From the NCBI GenBank assembly GCA_963678315.1, contig OY782781.1, positions 2,123,845-2,187,844 on the forward strand: a stretch of 64,000 nt of DNA, in the 5' to 3' direction. Position 1 is the first letter of the stretch; each line of letters opens with the position of its first letter. A program made the position numbers and the translations under genes. This document shows, piece after piece, positions 44,921 to 54,252 of this stretch. The DNA comes from Candidatus Cloacimonadales bacterium. Its GTDB lineage: Bacteria; Cloacimonadota; Cloacimonadia; Cloacimonadales; JAFGVF01. The notes under the pieces are model-generated. The model was not told the DNA's origin, searched no databases, and was given only the letters and a program-made list of their open reading frames with translations.

Positions 44921-45961
44921 TTAGTCCTCAATTCTTGAAAAGATGATCTTTCTTTTAGCTGTTAGAGCTTCTTTTAGTGAATTAATATCATATAATTCTG
45001 TACTCTTATGAGTAACATCAATATCTAGTTCCCCTTTGACTATACTCTTACTTAACCAGTACGTTTCTCTATCTCCTTCTAAATTGAATCCTATATCGGA
45101 TATTGTACTTTCATCTTTATTTTGCCACATGTTTAAAAGATCATTCACGTTGTTTTCGCTTGGATTGTAATTCGATTCATACTTAAAGTTCAGAACTTTA
45201 TTAGATACCTTATTAATATCGTGAATCCCTGTGAATTTCAGGAAAGATTGAATAACATTTAAATCCTTTTCAATCTGTATATCTAACTTCATCTTAGTAA
45301 TTAGTTTTCTGACATCTGAAAATCTACTCTTTAGTAAATCTAGTTGACCACCCAATAATAGAAGATGAGACTCAAAAAAAGGATAGATAAGTTCATTCTG
45401 TTTGAAATGTTCTAGGTTCTCAATGCTAGGAGTTTTAATCCTAAAATTCTCTATCCTCTTCTCTTTAACAAATTTTGAATGAAATTGTAAAAAACTCTGC
45501 AAATAATGACAAAACTGTCTATTTCCGTTAACAATATGATTAAATCTAACAGTTAAATAAATGTTCTTCGAAGGAAGTATCCAAAAGTAGGTACCATATC
45601 CAGGTACATAACCCTCTTCAAATTTAGTATCTTTCACATCTGCTTGATCAATAGGCTTAGTTGAGTTAATAGCACTAACACTATTATCTGTTGTTGGTGT
45701 TTCATTCCAAGTTGTAAGGAATATATCCCCATACTCATTTTTTGTGATATCTGCACAAAAAGTTCTCATTATGTTTGAATTTTCTTGAGGATTTCCGTAA
45801 GTACAAGTCTCAGCTATGGTTTTATCATTTCTTTTTACCCATTCTATTAAATCATTGAAAATAATATCGCTAGTACCTGATAAAGACCTTTTATCTCCAT
45901 AATGATAATATCCACATTTCTTGATATTAAAGTATCTTAGTTTTGCTTTTTCATTCATCAT
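44921..45961 (-). CDS. Hypothetical 346-aa protein, no recognisable family; first gene of the three-gene cassette
   Basis: RBS AGGAGG 6 nt upstream of the ATG. No P-loop, DxD nucleotidyltransferase, HTH or nuclease motif found by eye. Confidence 0.75.
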   Translation of the reverse strand: MMNEKAKLRYFNIKKCGYYHYGDKRSLSGTSDIIFNDLIEWVKRNDKTIAETCTYGNPQENSNIMRTFCADITKNEYGDIFLTTWNETPTTDNSVSAINSTKPIDQADVKDTKFEEGYVPGYGTYFWILPSKNIYLTVRFNHIVNGNRQFCHYLQSFLQFHSKFVKEKRIENFRIKTPSIENLEHFKQNELIYPFFESHLLLLGGQLDLLKSRFSDVRKLITKMKLDIQIEKDLNVIQSFLKFTGIHDINKVSNKVLNFKYESNYNPSENNVNDLLNMWQNKDESTISDIGFNLEGDRETYWLSKSIVKGELDIDVTHKSTELYDINSLKEALTAKRKIIFSRIED

Positions 45962-46085
45962 TAACCTCCTATTTCATTAGGTACACCTGTAAACCAAGTG
46001 AAGTATATACCTTCAAAACTACATAGCTACTACTTTTAACAAACCTTGCTATAATATTATGCTCAAAATCTTTTTGATTAAAGTT

Positions 46086-46120
46086 GAGCTCTACCATTCA
46101 GTAGAGCTCCTATATTTTTT
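46086..46120. terminator. Strong hairpin between the cassette promoter region and the S8-protease gene end
   Basis: 9-bp stem GAGCTCTAC / GTAGAGCTC (46086-46094 / 46101-46109) with T7 at 46114-46120 on the plus strand. Both neighbouring genes are on the minus strand, so the orientation is ambiguous. Confidence 0.45.
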
Positions 46121-46130
46121 GCTTATGATT

Positions 46131-49100
46131 CTACTTAATTAGCAAACATTTCTTCACAACTGCTTGCTTATTTGATTCAAGTTTATAGAAATACATACCT
46201 GATGCTACTTTTTTATTTTGATTATTATTTCCATTCCATACAATTTGATATTGACCTTTTTCCATGTCACTGTCGAGTAATGTTTTTACCTTTTGTCCTC
46301 TTACATTGTAAATATTTAGTTTAACTCGACTTTTTTGTGGTATGAAATACCTTATATTTGTTGAGGGGTTGAATGGATTAGGATAACAATTATAAAGTAC
46401 TGGTTTTAAAGGAATAACTTGGCTTTGTGTATTCTCTGGATTCCTAAGTGAAGCCAATATTTTTCTTGTATTCATTATATGATCGTTTCTTGAGCGTGGC
46501 ATTAGGCTTGAGTATTTTGTCGTACATTTACCACCACTTTCCAGCCAAGCAGATCCCATATCAATTACAGCAAAACAGGAATCATTATATGTTGGTGGAG
46601 ACTCAATTATACTAGCATAATGATCAATGGCACCTTGGAAATTATAAATTAATCTATTACAAAGTGCTTTAGTGTTTAATAACTCTCTTCTAAAGTCATT
46701 TTGATTTGGATATGATATCAGTTTAGCATCAATCCATTCAATTAAGTCTGGTACTTGATTAGTTTTAGAATGACATACTGTTATACCTTTAAGCACCTGA
46801 AAATCAGCATCTGTTAGAAGAGAATCATTAAGTACTTGGTAGTAATATTGTATTGCCATATCCCAGTTACTATTTATTCTGGCATTCTCAGCTAAATAGA
46901 ATGGCTCATTCATCCCATCCCTACCGGCACTACCATTAGGAGTTGTTAACCAATGATCATAGTTGATGTCTTCATACTGACTAAAGGTGCTCTTTATATC
47001 AGTTTCATTGGTATGTCCCCACCAATTCTGGTCAGCTTTAATCTGACTTTTCATATTTTCTGTTACAATGTTTAATTGACCAGCTTGTATGTTTGTGAAA
47101 TTATTAAATCCTTCATGAAGATAAGGTTGTGATTGTACAGCTAGCAATCCTACACCATTATCAGATATTTTGTTTTCTCCTGTTCCGTTATAGGCAAGAT
47201 AAGGAACTGCACTTTTATAAGAAGCAATCCCAATATCCGAGTTAAGAATTTTGTCATGTCCAAAATCTACAAGGACATCATAAGCTAATATTGAAACTTC
47301 ATTATTATTTAATATGCTGTTTTTTAGGACGTAAGTTCCGTTATCATACATTTCCAAACCTATTTCAGCATTGGATAGATAAGTATTATTCACTATTAAT
47401 GAAGAATTATTAACAGATGATATCCCTAACCAATGATCCTGAATTGTATTTGGGCACATACCTTTAACAACAACAGGATAGAGTTCTGTTCCGTTAAAAT
47501 GAAATTCCCCATTATTATTTATAAAGTTCTTATTCCTAATACGAATTTCGATTCCTGGATTAACCTTAACACCAACTCCTGGATCTATACATATGTTTTT
47601 ATTTATCACCACATCTTGCCTAATATGAATACTTTCATCCACAACACTCGGGATATTATACAGATACTGAGCAGTGTTCCTTTCATTGTTTGAAAATTGA
47701 GTCCATTCATCCATTTCGTCAATATTATTATTCTTTATTGGAATCCTATAAATCTTTGCCTCATTTGTATCCTGATTACCAACCAATACATATAAATCTC
47801 TTATACTTGTAGAAAAAGCTGATCCAATTGCCATTGACTTAATATTAGCAAAGAAGTTTATGTTATAGCTTTGAAGAGGTTCTTCATTAACTTGATATAC
47901 TGAGAGTTCATTGTCTTTTGATAAAACAACATCTTGTATGTTACTTTCTCCAAGATCTGCAAGAAGTGATGGCCTCCTATTCTTATGATAGTATCCACCA
48001 TTTTCAGAGGAATAATCGTTGGTTGTATGATTAATTCTATAGCCTTGTTCAACATCAAGAACTTCTTCTGAGGCTGTTGTTAAGATTTCAATTCCAAAGT
48101 TGTCAGGATAGAAATCTCCTGCAATAATTTTGCCAGGGGTTAAGTCAATATTATCAATTTCATCAATTGGAGATGGAGTATTGTCAACATGAGACCAGAT
48201 TTGAACTGGGTCTTCATCTCCAAAGTCATAACAGTAGGTAGTATAACTAGTAGTCCTCTCGATTCCCGGATGAAAATCTTTTGTAATCCCAAAAAATAGG
48301 CGATTATGATAAACTGGTTCGTCAGGATTAGTAAACTGAGGTTTAACCAAAAGCAAGTTAGTAGAGCGTAAGTTAGTTATTGAATCTATACCTGGGTCAA
48401 TTACCCATTCGATGTCCCCTACATTGACATAATCATCTTTCGAACCACTCACAAAATTACCTTTAAAGATACCTACCCAATTATCACTACCATTATTACT
48501 ACCACTTACGACAGCAGTAAATTCACGGTAAAGAGTTTGATCAACATTTCCAACAGCCATTTCAGAAAGAAAGCGAGAACCATTTATAGTGTAATATTCA
48601 GTTTCAAGATCTGTACTAGGATAATTGTGTTGTGTTATTGTTCCATAAAATCCTGAATCATTATCGTAATCATTTCCATTAACCAGAATATCCATCCTTC
48701 CATTACCAGTCAGGTCATCAACGATAAGCGACTTAACATCTCCTGAAAGTTGGTTACTAAATGTAATTGGATACTGATTAATATCATCTAGATTTGAATC
48801 ATAAGCATACACGGTTACTGCATTGGTCACAAAAACTACTTCAGCATTATCTCCATATATTATATCACCAAAGGCTGGTTTTGTAATTATAGAGTCATTA
48901 ACTATTTCCATAAATAAATGTGAATTACGATATAAACATGCAAAGTATTCAAAGCTATCATTAATTGGCTTCTTCAAACCAAAAGCTAATTCATCAAGAC
49001 CATCATTATTCATATCAAATATTGCAACTTCTGAAGTTAACTGATATGTTGATAGGTCTACTAATTCTTCTAACTTAGGTACACATGGCACCTCAAAATA

Positions 49101-50753
49101 CACGATATCAGTACGTCCCTCATAAAAAAGCTCTAACGAAAATCTAATATTTCTCCCATAAGGAGAGGAGTCAGAAATAATAAAGTCGCTACTAGAATCA
49201 AAGCCAAGAGAGCTAATTGGATTCCATTGCCCATTTCCTTCATCTATATTAATGAAAGGGTCATCGGTTGTAAGATGTCCTACTACAACATCACTACCTG
49301 ATTCCCACCAATTCTTAAGGGATATGCTAAGACGTACTTCATCTTCTCCTGTGGACAAAACTCCATCTCCTGTATCATCAACAGTAACATTATGAAGTCT
49401 ATAGGCAGGATGATTCCCTTCAGTGAGAGCTCGATAAACATTCAAACGCCCTGTTCCCAGAGCACGCATATACATAGAATTTGTATTCATTTGCGTTAGG
49501 TCATCTGCAGTTCCCTTTAACCTTTGGATAATTTGTTCTCGGGTTAGATCTGGGAATGTATCTTTTATCAATGCTACAGCACCAGAAACCATTGGTGCAG
49601 ACATTGATGTTCCATCAGCGTATTCATAATTGCTACTCCATGGATTATATGGTAAATTATGATTAGTAAACTCTTCATTCTGAGGGGTGGTTGAAACTAT
49701 TCCATTGCCAGGTGCACAGATATCAAGCAAGTTCCCGTAGTTTGTATAAGATGCTTTAGCGTCATTGATTCCTGTAGCTCCAACAGAAATAACTCCTGGT
49801 ATATTTGCTGGGAAAGCAATACTGTTTGCACCCTCATTACCAGCAGCAGCTACAAATACGATATTATAATCTTCTAACATTATTGATGAAATTCTATTCC
49901 TTAACGTCTGGTTGATAGCATTAGGCACTCCCCAACTCATATTTACAACTTCTGCTCCATTCCTAAACGCCCAATTTATCCCAATTACAGCGAAACTTGC
50001 ACTTGGTAATATATTGCTCATTCTTACAGGCATCAGCTGGCAACCAGACTCAAGGTTATTCCATCCTCCTGCTACACCTGCTACTCCGAGTGAGTTATTT
50101 GTTGATGCTCCAATAATCCCAGCAACATGAGTACCGTGCCCACTTTTATCTTGTGGTATATTAACATCTTCATCATCGAAATTAAGATATCCTAATACAT
50201 TAAAGCCATGAGCTCCTTGTCCATCATCCCAAAGGTTACTTTCCAAATCAGGATGTATTCCATAATCATTAATACCTAAATCAATACCTGAATCCAGCAC
50301 AGCAACCTTAACATTACCTCCATAAGCTATTTGGTTACTCCATACTTGATTCATGCCTATTTTTTCTAAACCCAAGGATGTTGAATTATATGAGTCATCA
50401 GTGTTTATTCCGAACAACTCTAGTTCATGGTCAGGTTCTGCATATTCAATATTGCTTTCTTTCTCTAAATTGAAAATTACATCTTCAATATCGTACATCT
50501 TATTAAATTCAGCCAGATAGTAAGCCCCTTCATAATCACCTGTTTGGATGGTAAACAATGTGTCCATTTTACTGATTTGATAGTTAGAGGCAATAGTATT
50601 AAACCAAGTTCTATCAGTTATTACTACTCCAGAGTTGTTTCCTGTAACATTGATTAAAACATCACTCTTAAAGAGAATATTTCCTTCTACAAAATTAGCT
50701 GATAAAGTGCTTATAACAATAATTAAAGTGATAAAAACTATTATCTTCTTCAT
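46131..50753 (-). CDS. Giant secreted subtilisin-like (S8) serine protease with FG-GAP/VCBS-like repeats, beta-helix region and T9SS C-terminal sorting domain
   Basis: 1540 aa with a signal peptide. Catalytic triad motifs VAVLDSGID, HGTHVAGIIG, GTSMSAPMVSGAVALI. DMNNDGLDELA and DDLTGNGRMDILV repeats. C-terminal YPNPFNPSTNIRY..VRGQKVKT..ASGMYFYKLE. Confidence 0.88.
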   Translation of the reverse strand: MKKIIVFITLIIVISTLSANFVEGNILFKSDVLINVTGNNSGVVITDRTWFNTIASNYQISKMDTLFTIQTGDYEGAYYLAEFNKMYDIEDVIFNLEKESNIEYAEPDHELELFGINTDDSYNSTSLGLEKIGMNQVWSNQIAYGGNVKVAVLDSGIDLGINDYGIHPDLESNLWDDGQGAHGFNVLGYLNFDDEDVNIPQDKSGHGTHVAGIIGASTNNSLGVAGVAGGWNNLESGCQLMPVRMSNILPSASFAVIGINWAFRNGAEVVNMSWGVPNAINQTLRNRISSIMLEDYNIVFVAAAGNEGANSIAFPANIPGVISVGATGINDAKASYTNYGNLLDICAPGNGIVSTTPQNEEFTNHNLPYNPWSSNYEYADGTSMSAPMVSGAVALIKDTFPDLTREQIIQRLKGTADDLTQMNTNSMYMRALGTGRLNVYRALTEGNHPAYRLHNVTVDDTGDGVLSTGEDEVRLSISLKNWWESGSDVVVGHLTTDDPFINIDEGNGQWNPISSLGFDSSSDFIISDSSPYGRNIRFSLELFYEGRTDIVYFEVPCVPKLEELVDLSTYQLTSEVAIFDMNNDGLDELAFGLKKPINDSFEYFACLYRNSHLFMEIVNDSIITKPAFGDIIYGDNAEVVFVTNAVTVYAYDSNLDDINQYPITFSNQLSGDVKSLIVDDLTGNGRMDILVNGNDYDNDSGFYGTITQHNYPSTDLETEYYTINGSRFLSEMAVGNVDQTLYREFTAVVSGSNNGSDNWVGIFKGNFVSGSKDDYVNVGDIEWVIDPGIDSITNLRSTNLLLVKPQFTNPDEPVYHNRLFFGITKDFHPGIERTTSYTTYCYDFGDEDPVQIWSHVDNTPSPIDEIDNIDLTPGKIIAGDFYPDNFGIEILTTASEEVLDVEQGYRINHTTNDYSSENGGYYHKNRRPSLLADLGESNIQDVVLSKDNELSVYQVNEEPLQSYNINFFANIKSMAIGSAFSTSIRDLYVLVGNQDTNEAKIYRIPIKNNNIDEMDEWTQFSNNERNTAQYLYNIPSVVDESIHIRQDVVINKNICIDPGVGVKVNPGIEIRIRNKNFINNNGEFHFNGTELYPVVVKGMCPNTIQDHWLGISSVNNSSLIVNNTYLSNAEIGLEMYDNGTYVLKNSILNNNEVSILAYDVLVDFGHDKILNSDIGIASYKSAVPYLAYNGTGENKISDNGVGLLAVQSQPYLHEGFNNFTNIQAGQLNIVTENMKSQIKADQNWWGHTNETDIKSTFSQYEDINYDHWLTTPNGSAGRDGMNEPFYLAENARINSNWDMAIQYYYQVLNDSLLTDADFQVLKGITVCHSKTNQVPDLIEWIDAKLISYPNQNDFRRELLNTKALCNRLIYNFQGAIDHYASIIESPPTYNDSCFAVIDMGSAWLESGGKCTTKYSSLMPRSRNDHIMNTRKILASLRNPENTQSQVIPLKPVLYNCYPNPFNPSTNIRYFIPQKSRVKLNIYNVRGQKVKTLLDSDMEKGQYQIVWNGNNNQNKKVASGMYFYKLESNKQAVVKKCLLIK

Positions 50754-50773
50754 TTCTTCCTCCTATTTATTTG

Positions 50774-51730
50774 CTATTTTATAATTGTAATTTTCTTTAC
50801 TTGGCTTCTTTTCCCATCTTTAACCTTGAGAAAGTATATACCTGATGGATAATCTAGATTTTGAATTCGAGAAAGCCCGTTCTTTGTTGATATCTTATTT
50901 TCAGAATAAACTAATCTACCTCTAAGGTCATAAAGAGATAGATTTATATTCTTATCACTTTTTTCCATAAATTCAATATTGAAACTGTTTATACAAGGTT
51001 GTGGATATATCTGTTTGATTAGCTGATTCTGCATAGGTTCAACCTCTTCAGAATTTGACACTGTTTTATGGTAGGTTACGATTAGGTGTGGATCATATGG
51101 AGCAGATGAAGTTGGATTATTTGAATATGAAACATAATCTGCTTCATATAGTCCTATATCATGACCTGGTGGGAATATCAGCCTAAACTGAGAATAACCA
51201 TGCGATTGTTCAATATCGTTAAGATAGCTCTCAGTAATCGGAAATGAGACCCAACCAACAAAAGCACTGTCCTGCAAGATCCCCACATTGGAAGTAAGTG
51301 GGGTAACATCAAAAACGGAAGGAGTTAAAGTCTCAAATTGTATATGATCAATAATAACTGAGTAGGGTTGAGAATAGTAGTGTGGCCATATAAGGTCAAT
51401 ACCATTATCCCAATAGTACTGACATTTAAGGCGTAACATTACACTTGATATAGCGTAATCATTGGGAACTGGTTTAGTCTCAAATGTAATAAACGATCTG
51501 AAATCAAAAATACCTGTTCCAATAAACTGAGCATAACCATAACCAATATCTAAGGTTGATTGATTGGGAAAGTTGTAATAATTCTGATAATCCATACTAT
51601 GGTATATAGTCCCAGTCATAGGATTAGGCTCAGAGTATATTGTATCAACAAGAACTGATTCATATCTATCAGAATATAGCTGTAGAATTATGCTAAATAG
51701 AATTAATAAGATTAAGAGATGTCTCTTCAT
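50774..51730 (-). CDS. Secreted protein of unknown function with T9SS C-terminal sorting domain
   Basis: Start preferred at MKRHLLILL (ATG 51730; RBS GGAGG 6 nt upstream). Signal peptide present. C-terminal IYPQPC..FNIEF..LRGRLV..SGIYFLKVKDG. Confidence 0.75.
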   Translation of the reverse strand: MKRHLLILLILFSIILQLYSDRYESVLVDTIYSEPNPMTGTIYHSMDYQNYYNFPNQSTLDIGYGYAQFIGTGIFDFRSFITFETKPVPNDYAISSVMLRLKCQYYWDNGIDLIWPHYYSQPYSVIIDHIQFETLTPSVFDVTPLTSNVGILQDSAFVGWVSFPITESYLNDIEQSHGYSQFRLIFPPGHDIGLYEADYVSYSNNPTSSAPYDPHLIVTYHKTVSNSEEVEPMQNQLIKQIYPQPCINSFNIEFMEKSDKNINLSLYDLRGRLVYSENKISTKNGLSRIQNLDYPSGIYFLKVKDGKRSQVKKITIIK

Positions 51731-52352
51731 TTTTTCCTCCATTTTAATGTATAAATTATATATAATGTGTGGTTATGAAAAAGCAATATTTATATAATCA
51801 TCATCAAGATTTAATCTGATAATAATCAAGTAATAGTTTATTTCAAAGCTGCTCCTTGAACTTCTTTCAATTTCTAAACTGAGTCACTAATATAATATTT
51901 AGCAAAAACCAATTTGAGAATAATTAGTATTTCACTAATTGTCAATTGCTTTATTTATAATTTATATAAAAGAGGTGTCAGAAAAGTTTTTTTTTATGCT
52001 AAAATGGACAATCTAAGACTGATAATTTCAAGCGATGTTAACATGCATGCCAATAGTTTCTGCCCCAAAAAAAAGATTTAATGCAGAAAATCTCTTATAA
52101 ATAAAGATAATTTGGGTAAAATATATAAAATTAGTGCTTATAAAACCTAGAAATTGTTCAATTTCATCCACAAATATTTCTTAGTTATACATCTTCTCAT
52201 GCATAAGCCATAAACTCTTCACCCACTATTTCAACTATTTTTTTGATATTTTAACTTATTCTGTGTTAACTCTTTGCAACTCGGTTTGCCTTCTGTTAAA
52301 TTTCTGTTTTACATTGCATCATAAATATAAAATAATGATGTAAGGATTTTAA

Positions 52353-52778
52353 ATGAGAATAGATATACATACAGTTTTAAGAGTCTTAAACCTACCTGAA
52401 GATGAAAAGATAGCACAACTTTTAGAAGAACACTCTGAGAGTGCTGTAGGCTGGTTTAGAAAAGTAGCTGAATCCTCAGTACTTGAATCTCTTACAGACT
52501 ATAAGATGTCTTATTCTTTTTTCTTATTATCTCAAGTATTAGACTTTCTAAACCTTAAAACTCTTGGTTCTGGTATTATTAAGACTACGGGTATTGATGC
52601 ACAAGTAACTGAACTTCTTACTGGTAGTGAGATTAGAGCTTATAAAAAGGATTTAGAGATTCGTTCTTTAGAGACTATTTATGATTATCTTACTCCTCTT
52701 GGTATTAAGCGTTTAGATGAACTTAAGTTTGGAAGCAAAGCAGTTAAACACCATAGAACTAGGGCAACTGTAATATGA
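52353..52778 (+). CDS. Phage protein, possibly head-tail connector/adaptor
   Basis: 141 aa. The call rests on size and position; family not confidently recognised. Confidence 0.45.
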   Translation: MRIDIHTVLRVLNLPEDEKIAQLLEEHSESAVGWFRKVAESSVLESLTDYKMSYSFFLLSQVLDFLNLKTLGSGIIKTTGIDAQVTELLTGSEIRAYKKDLEIRSLETIYDYLTPLGIKRLDELKFGSKAVKHHRTRATVI

Positions 52779-53239
52779 GTGTAAATAGTGAAATATTAAA
52801 AGCTATTTATACTTCAATAGAGAGTAAACTACACCTCATAGGTAGTGTTATTGAGGGCAAAGCTAGAAGACTTATACTAGAGAAAGGTATTAAAGATAAA
52901 GGTGATTTCTATCAAAACACAAGCTATGCTGTAAGCTTTAACAGCTCTTCTATTGACCTGGTTGTAGGATCTAATGTACCTCATGAGCAATATGTTCTAG
53001 GTGGTAAAGTTCCCTCCTGGACTCCAATCCAGCCACTTAAAGATTGGGTTGCTCGTAAAGGCTTAGACTGGGTTGATAAGAAGACAGGTGAACAACTTAC
53101 TATTGAGAACATTGCCTATATGATTAGAGGAAAGATAAAACGTGAGGGTGTGCCTGAACGTAATGTCTTTGCAGAGGTTATCCAAAACCAAGAGAAGTGG
53201 ATTTTTAGTCAGTTAGATTCTATTGAGGTAATACTATGA
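52775..53239 (+). CDS. Phage protein, possibly HK97 gp10-like neck/tail-completion protein
   Basis: 154 aa. VGSNVPHEQYVLGGKVPSWTPIQPLKDWV vaguely resembles the gp10-family Y.xxVExGt..P motif. Tentative. Confidence 0.4.
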   Translation: MSVNSEILKAIYTSIESKLHLIGSVIEGKARRLILEKGIKDKGDFYQNTSYAVSFNSSSIDLVVGSNVPHEQYVLGGKVPSWTPIQPLKDWVARKGLDWVDKKTGEQLTIENIAYMIRGKIKREGVPERNVFAEVIQNQEKWIFSQLDSIEVIL

Positions 53240-53610
53240 CCTTTCAAGATAAACGAATCGCTATTGTTAAAGCATTAATTGACACTGGTATTTCCTCTCG
53301 TAACATCGCTTTTTCTAAAGACACTATTCCTAGTTCTTTTCCATCTGCTATTGTAGTATTAGAAGGAGAAAAAGGCTGTAATAAATCTTCTAAGCGATAC
53401 TTAGCATTTGAATATGACATCCAAGTATTTCTAATTACTGATGTTAACAATTCAGATGATCCAGATATAGATATATTAAAACTATCAGATAGATTTAAAT
53501 CTAATTACAGAACAGCTGTTGGGAGTGATATACCTAAGATTGAATTCTACCCAGCAAGAGCTGATGCAGGGCGTAAAGTACGCATAGCCAAGGTTTATAC
53601 GGTGATTTAG
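53236..53610 (+). CDS. Phage protein, unknown (neck/tail-terminator-sized)
   Basis: 124 aa, translationally coupled to both neighbours. Confidence 0.4.
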   Translation: MTFQDKRIAIVKALIDTGISSRNIAFSKDTIPSSFPSAIVVLEGEKGCNKSSKRYLAFEYDIQVFLITDVNNSDDPDIDILKLSDRFKSNYRTAVGSDIPKIEFYPARADAGRKVRIAKVYTVI

Positions 53611-54250
53611 ATGAGAGTTCAAAAGATTGGTGGATTCAATATTGGGATAGTTAGCAGTGAAGATTTGCTTAATAAGAACTACTCGCCTGAGCCTGTTAAC
53701 TTAAATTCTTATAAGTGGGAAGGTAGTAAAAGGCTATCGAAATCTTATGAGAAAAAGAGAATGATAACAGCTCCCTACTCTATGGGTAACTTGCTTAAAC
53801 TCATTGAAAAAGATGAGTACCATTCAGGTTGTATTGCTTCTAAGGTAAACACCTGTCTGATGCAGATAGAAGTTAAGAATAGTAGTTTAAAGAGTTGGTT
53901 TAGTGATGCTCAATATCCAGGTAATGATGACATACTTTTAACTCTTGGAGAACTGCTTAAATACTATCTAGCATGTGGTAATGGCTTTATCATCAAGATG
54001 AGAAGTGCTTCAGGAGATTGGGTTGGCTTAGAAAGACTACTACCAACAGAAGTACAACTAATAGAAAACTATGATGAGTTTGGATTCTTCAAGCCTGATT
54101 TCCTTCATGTTAAAAATGGAACGAAGAGATTCTTTCCTGGAGATGATGTAATTCACTTTAAGAACCCAACTCATAGATCAAATGCTTGGGGTGTCTCTTG
54201 CCTACCTGTGGCTGTTAATATTGAGATTCTAGAACAGATTAAAAGTGTGT
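53611..54250 (+). pseudogene. Truncated phage portal gene (PBSX/P2 gpQ-like), 3' part missing
   Basis: APYSMGNLLKLIEKDEYHSGCIASKVN, ACGNGFIIKMRSASGDWVGLERLLPTEV and VIHFKNPTHRSNAWGVSCLPVAVNIEILEQ follow the order of conserved blocks in P2-Q/PBSX portals. After ~aa 212 the ORF reads into the antisense of the sigma-factor gene (VCLKLIILLNLFSNAFFF) and stops. Confidence 0.5.
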
Positions 54251-54252
54251 GT

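Larger units (their letters stand above)
52353..54250 (+). mobile_element. Phage structural-gene fragment (three small virion-type ORFs plus 5' two-thirds of a portal gene)
   Basis: Four head-to-tail or overlapping plus-strand ORFs (4-nt overlaps at 52775/52778 and 53236/53239, and 53610/53611 abutting), typical phage packing. Similarity ends abruptly at ~54250. Confidence 0.55.

Noticed and set aside
43412-45961. Assigning the three-gene cassette to Kiwa, CBASS, Pycsar or Thoeris.
   Set aside because: The 346-aa protein has no CD-NTase (GS...DxD) or class-III cyclase motifs. No SIR2, SLOG or canonical ThsB TIR is present. For Kiwa I cannot verify DUF4868 by eye, the gene order (soluble gene before the TM gene) differs, and a third nuclease gene is present. 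I left it as an unclassified candidate.
51990-52060. Possible Mu right end (AAAATGGACAAT resembles the inverted left-end motif AAAATGGAAAT; GCGATGTTAAC resembles AACGATGTTCTAA).
   Set aside because: These are single weak matches without the cluster of AAAAACGAT/ATCGTTTTT sites seen at the left end. Their position would leave the downstream phage genes outside the element.
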